From assembly GCA_965153355.1 (NCBI GenBank), contig OZ231126.1, forward strand, positions 9,176,001 to 9,240,000: a stretch of 64,000 bases of DNA, in the 5' to 3' direction. The notes beneath the pieces are model-generated. The model had not been told where the DNA came from, did not search any database, and worked only from the letters and a program-made list of their open reading frames with translations. This document shows positions 59,306-64,000 of the stretch, in pieces. Within the stretch, counting starts at the first letter, position 1, and the number at the start of each line of letters is the position of its first letter. A program made the translations under genes and the position numbers. The stretch is from Flaccisagitta enflata (Eukaryota).

Positions 59306-61742
59306 ATGGAAGTTGGCAAGGCTGCTTTTGTTACCTTGCCTGATGAAATTGTGCATGTCGGGAGACAAAAAAAGAGGTAAGATCAATACTTGCCAAAATT
59401 GTTTACGTAAGATGGAGGGCTGACGACCCCATGATTAAACGATAAGGGGGGGGCCTAATTGGCTCAATTTTTTTTCAATCAGAAGTTTTTGCAGCGGAAT
59501 ATCAGAAAACAGATGAAGGGTAAGGCGCTTTAGATCCTATCTAGGTTTTGTGATTTGATTATCCCAATTGGCCCAACCAGCCTGATGACCTATTTGGATT
59601 GAACTTGATAAAGAGTCTCTGAAGGGAAGAATTTCACATTTGTGAAAGATAAATTGAGATTTGAGCGTGCTAACTGGCCCAGCCTACTTAACTGGCTTAC
59701 TGGCCTTAAAGTAAATGTGCATAACTTGGGAGCCTTTCTACCAATTTAGTTGAATTTTGATGTGAAGTATTCCAATGGGAACTGGCCTACCATCCAACTA
59801 GCCCACTGGCTCAGTGAAAAACTTGTGTAGCTTTGTCATGTTTTACAAAAGGGCCTAATGCAAAATTTGCTCTGAATGAATGTGTATTTTCCTCCTATCT
59901 CAGGTGGGAGAGGGCCAGGAATGCCTCTTTCTGCGTTACTGATGAGTCTTTTGCCGAAATGCTACTCGACCTGCTTCTTTTCTTACCTGTACCAAGATCA
60001 AAGGGAGTTGATGGAGATAAAGAAAAACATGGCAATGAGGGACTGGATGGTGCCAGAAATGAAGAGTGCGGTGATGAACCAAAGCTTATTCCTGTTGACT
60101 GTGTGATGAAAACGGAAAAAGCTGAATCGGCGACAGTAATTGCAGAGAAGGTAGCCAGAAAATCATTATCTAACAATACCAAAGATATCCAAACCAGCGC
60201 CCGAGCCCCAGCCGTGCAAAACATTACTGAGTCTGGTATAAATGGCCTTACTGACAACCAAATAGACTCAAATGTGTGCAGTGATCCCTCTGTTGATAAT
60301 GGTGATATTTCTAATAATGAAACAAAGGAAGCTGCATGCATAGATGACAAAATCTTGGAAATCAACTCCAAGTGCAAAGATGAAGATAATGCCAGCAATG
60401 TGGATGAAGTGAGCATGGTGGATGTGGAGGTAAAGGATAATATGAGTCACAGGAGTGATCCAGGGAAGGTGCTTGTGCGAAAAAAGCGTGGTCGACCAAG
60501 AAAGGGAGGTGACAGAATCTTGATGATTGACTCCAAGTGCAAACATGAAGAAAATGCCAGCGATGTGGAAGATGTGAGCAAGGTAGATGTTGAGATAAAG
60601 GAAAATGAAGGCTGTGATCCAAGGGAGGTGCCAGTGCGAAACAAAGGTGGCCGGCCTCGAAAAAAGGAGCAAAAAAGGGGGAGACCTCGAAAATATTTCA
60701 GCAAAGAAGATGCTGAAGCAGCGAAAAAAGAGCATGTACGAAGACAACAGGAGAAGGACAATTTAAAACAAGTAAGATGTTAATTCCTATCATCGAAACC
60801 CTGACTCTCCACCATTGTAGAAGTGTCATCGCTTCTTCTGCTGGATTGCATAAGGTCACTAAGGTTTGGTGACATACCCAACTATCTGGTGCGCCATAAC
60901 CATGGCCAAAAAAAAGAAAGAAAGAAAAAGAAAGAAAAAGAAAGAAAGAAAGAAAGAAAAAGAAAGAAAAAGAAAGAAAAAGAAAGAAAGAAAAAAGAAA
61001 GAAAGAAAAAGAAAGAAAAAAAAGAAAGAAAAAGAAAGAAAAAGAAAGAAAAAGAAAGAAAAAGAAAGAAAAAGAAAGAAAAAGAAAGAAAAAGAAAGAA
61101 AAAGAAAGAAAAAGAAAGGAAAGAAAGGGAAAGAAAGGGAAAGAAAGGAAAAGAAAGGAAAAGAAAGGGAAAGAAAGGAAAAGAAAGGAAAAGAAAGGAA
61201 AAGAAAGGAAAAGAAAGGAAAGAAAGGAAAAGAAAGGAAAAGAAAGGAAAAGAAAGGAAAAGAAAGGAAAAGAAAGGAAAAGAAAGGAAAAGAAAGAGAA
61301 AAGAAAGAGGAAAGAAAGAGGAAAGAAAGAGGAAAGAAAGAGGAAAGAAAGAGGAAAGAAAGAGGAAAGAAAGAGGAAAGAAAGAGGAAAGAAAGAGGAA
61401 AGAAAGAGGAGGGAAAGAGGAGGGAAAGAGGAGGGAAAGAGGAGGGAAAGAGGAGGGAAAGAGGAGGGAAAGAGGAGGGAAAGAGGAGGGAAAGAGGAGG
61501 GAAAGAGGAGGGAAAGAGGAAGAAAAGAGGAAGAAAAGAGGAAGGAAAAAAAAGGAAAGAAAGAAGAATTGGATGTTCTTCGCGGTTTTTAACCTTTGCA
61601 TTACCAAGCAAGCAAACAGTTGATCTATGTAGTGATGAGCGTGGACACTTATGAGTTGGACCACATTACTTTAAAACAAAGTTGCACCAAAGGGGAAGGG
61701 CTGATTCTGTCCTTCATGCGTGTCTGTCTCTCTCTCTCTCTG

Positions 61743-61813
<71 letters not shown>

Positions 61814-63486
61814 TTTGGCGTACGCGCGTACTTGTGGAATGACAAACGCTTACGTTTATGAGTCCGCAGAAATTGAAGGAACGCTTACGATTACGCTTAC
61901 GAGTACAGCCAAAAATGGCGAGTGCAGCAAGTACGTGTCCGCGTCCGCGTATGATTATGCCATCGCTGGCTTGAATATGTGCTTGGGTGAAATAATTTTC
62001 CCCAACAGCCCACCCAGCCATCAATGGTACTTATTGAGGTTTAATTTCAAAACTCAAAAAATTTTAAAATTTTGTCAGAAACATGGTCACACATGATTGC
62101 TTGAACGCTATTGATAACCATTTTACTGTCATATTGATTTCCTTATTGTATTCAGATAATTTTTTTAGCAATAGAACTGCCAGTGATATATCTTTTTAAG
62201 CCTAATTTGCGTGAAGTATGAGCTTACAAAAGAAAATCCAAGTATGGATTCATTCACACTATTCAACGGACTACAGTCGTCTACTTGTCGGAGCGAATTG
62301 AAGACGACGATTAAGATATAGCTTATAGTCTTTAGTTTTTAGCCCTGTGTGTTTGTTTGCGCGCTTCTGTCATGTCATGACGAATAAAATATCATTCATA
62401 TGTAATAATAAGCAGGCTACATGATGATTATGGTTTTGTTCAATTTTCAAATGTAAAATTGATGAATTTCACCCTGTCCATGGTTGGGTTACCATGAGAC
62501 CAGCCAAGAGTGTTCAGTGAGAAGGTTCCCCGGCCCTGATGTCTGGCAAGCGGGCCTATGAAATGAAGACTGTTTGATTTGTGCGGAATCGTGCATTTAA
62601 GAGTGTTTGTGTGTGTGTGCGTGTGCGTTTGTAGGGAGGTTGTTTGTCCCTGCATATCTATCCCCGACATTGTTGTAACCAAGGATTACATGTTCCTCAT
62701 ATAGGCAGCTTGGAACGAGAAATGTCGTGAGTACTTCAATGAGAATGAGGATGAGGAGAAGGAGGAGAGGAAGAGGAAGAAGGAGAAAGAAGAGGAGGAA
62801 AAGGAAGTGAGCGCAGGGATTGAGAAAGGAAGTGAGATGTCACGCTTACGTTTACGATTACGCTTGGAGGACAAGGCGCAGACAGTATCGAGGGACAATA
62901 ATGGGATGAGAACAGAGTTGGAAGAGGAGGAGGAAGAAATGGAAGTGGATGATCTTGATCGGTCTGATGATCCCGATTATGATCCTGAATTTGTCGACGA
63001 ATGCTTGGAAGATTCAGAGGAGGATTTTGAGGAGGAGTTGGAATGGGATTCGAAAAATCTGGGGCTAGCCCTGGAAGGCGTGTCGACAGAGAAAGAAAAG
63101 GAGAAAATGGAGGTAGTTGCCTTGTTATAACTATAAATTGTGTTTTAAGGATATCTTGCGCGCATGTTTTTAGGTGCGACAAAGCACCTCTGTAACTGGC
63201 TGTGTCTGTTGCTAAGTTGGTCTGTTTGTCGGGAACGCATTTGTTCGACGATCAACCCGTCGCACCTTATTGGCCTACTTGGCCTAGTTTTTATGCGCTG
63301 AATTTATGCTCAATTTGCGCGTTGGTAATGAGTTCAGTATTATCTTGTAGGAATTTCAAAATGAGAAAAATTTGGAGCATTTCGACATTTTGGTGGGTGA
63401 AGAGGAGAGAGTTGCCTGCCGTCTTTGCAATGCACGAATCCTGTCCAATATAAAATCACTCGCTAACCATTTGAAACTGCAACATG
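59306..63486 (+). CDS. ZF-D: fourth paralog, 3'-partial in this window
   Basis: Exons 59306-59376, 59904-60771, 62705-63112, 63351-63486. N-terminus MEVGKAAFVTLPDEIVHVGRQKKRWERARNASFCVTDESFAEMLLD closely resembles ZF-A; three GRP AT-hooks; BED-like exon NLEHFDIL...ACRLC...LANHLKLQH. Confidence 0.8.
60908..61565. repeat. Purine-only compound microsatellite (GAAAA / GGAAA / GAGGAAA / GAGGGAAA)
   Basis: Directly visible; the repeat unit drifts along the tract. Confidence 0.95.
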
Positions 63487-63501
63487 GTTAGACTTAACTA
63501 C

Positions 63502-63590
<89 letters not shown>

Positions 63591-64000
63591 TGACCGACAG
63601 ATACACTGACTGACAGAAAAACAGACTGACACACACTGTATTTGATATTTCTAGCGTGAGAATTGAGTAGCTGATCCTTTCGTCTATCTATGAATGCGTT
63701 CTTGAGTACACAAACATTTAATGCATAATCACCGGCACGTCAAACTGCGAGAGGGGCAATAGTCGCAAAAGATGGTCAGCTATACCCGTGCCCTGCCTTA
63801 GTAGGTTGTGGTTGAAGTTGAGGGGGGAGCCGGGCAGCGGCCCCAAAGAGGTTGATGACATATGCTTTCACACAGGGGTATTTTCTCCTCCTCCTCTGTT
63901 CCCCCTCCCCCCACCCCCAGGCCCATATCTCAGCCTCAAAGCCCATATCCCAGCCTCGAGGCCCAAATCCCAGTCTTGAGGCCCGAATTCCAGCCTCAAG

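Noticed and set aside
59935-59965. CTGATGA...CGAAA hammerhead-like core
   Set aside because: It lies in the conserved TDESFAE codons of ZF-D and stems I and III do not form.
60823-61664. Long K/E/R-rich and F/S/L-rich ORFs (also at 1872, 3359, 33344 and 45149)
   Set aside because: Microsatellite artefacts, open in several frames on both strands.

Overview
This is eukaryotic genomic DNA, probably from an invertebrate metazoan, rich in introns and repeats; all six protein-coding genes lie on the + strand. (1) The 3' part of a coiled-coil golgin with a C-terminal GRAB domain (TRIP11/GMAP-210-like), 1-10596. (2) A complete mTORC2 subunit SIN1/MAPKAP1, 12427-18718. (3-6) Four tandem paralogous zinc-finger genes (ZF-A 20368-23983, ZF-B 24164-46713, ZF-C 47298-55863, ZF-D 59306 to beyond 63486). 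They share a ZNF692-like N-terminal motif, AT-hooks and a BED-like finger; ZF-A to ZF-C also have a C2H2 array. Exon models were built by hand from GT-AG junctions with reading-frame checks. Introns are packed with non-autonomous elements: hAT and Tc1/mariner MITEs, a Chapaev-like element, Helentron-associated DINE/HINE-like repeats, a solo LTR and telomere-like satellites. The best leads are: a 250-bp MITE inside a coding exon of ZF-C that can be spliced out in frame as a new GT-AG intron (introner-like); a duplicated SIN1 N-terminus forming a 16-codon upstream ORF across a MITE; and a nested foldback structure in the 17-kb ZF-B intron with head-to-head telomere-like arrays, a hairpin array, and a poly(A)-tailed insert just downstream of an LTR TATA box. 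Protein family calls rest on remembered motifs, not database searches.
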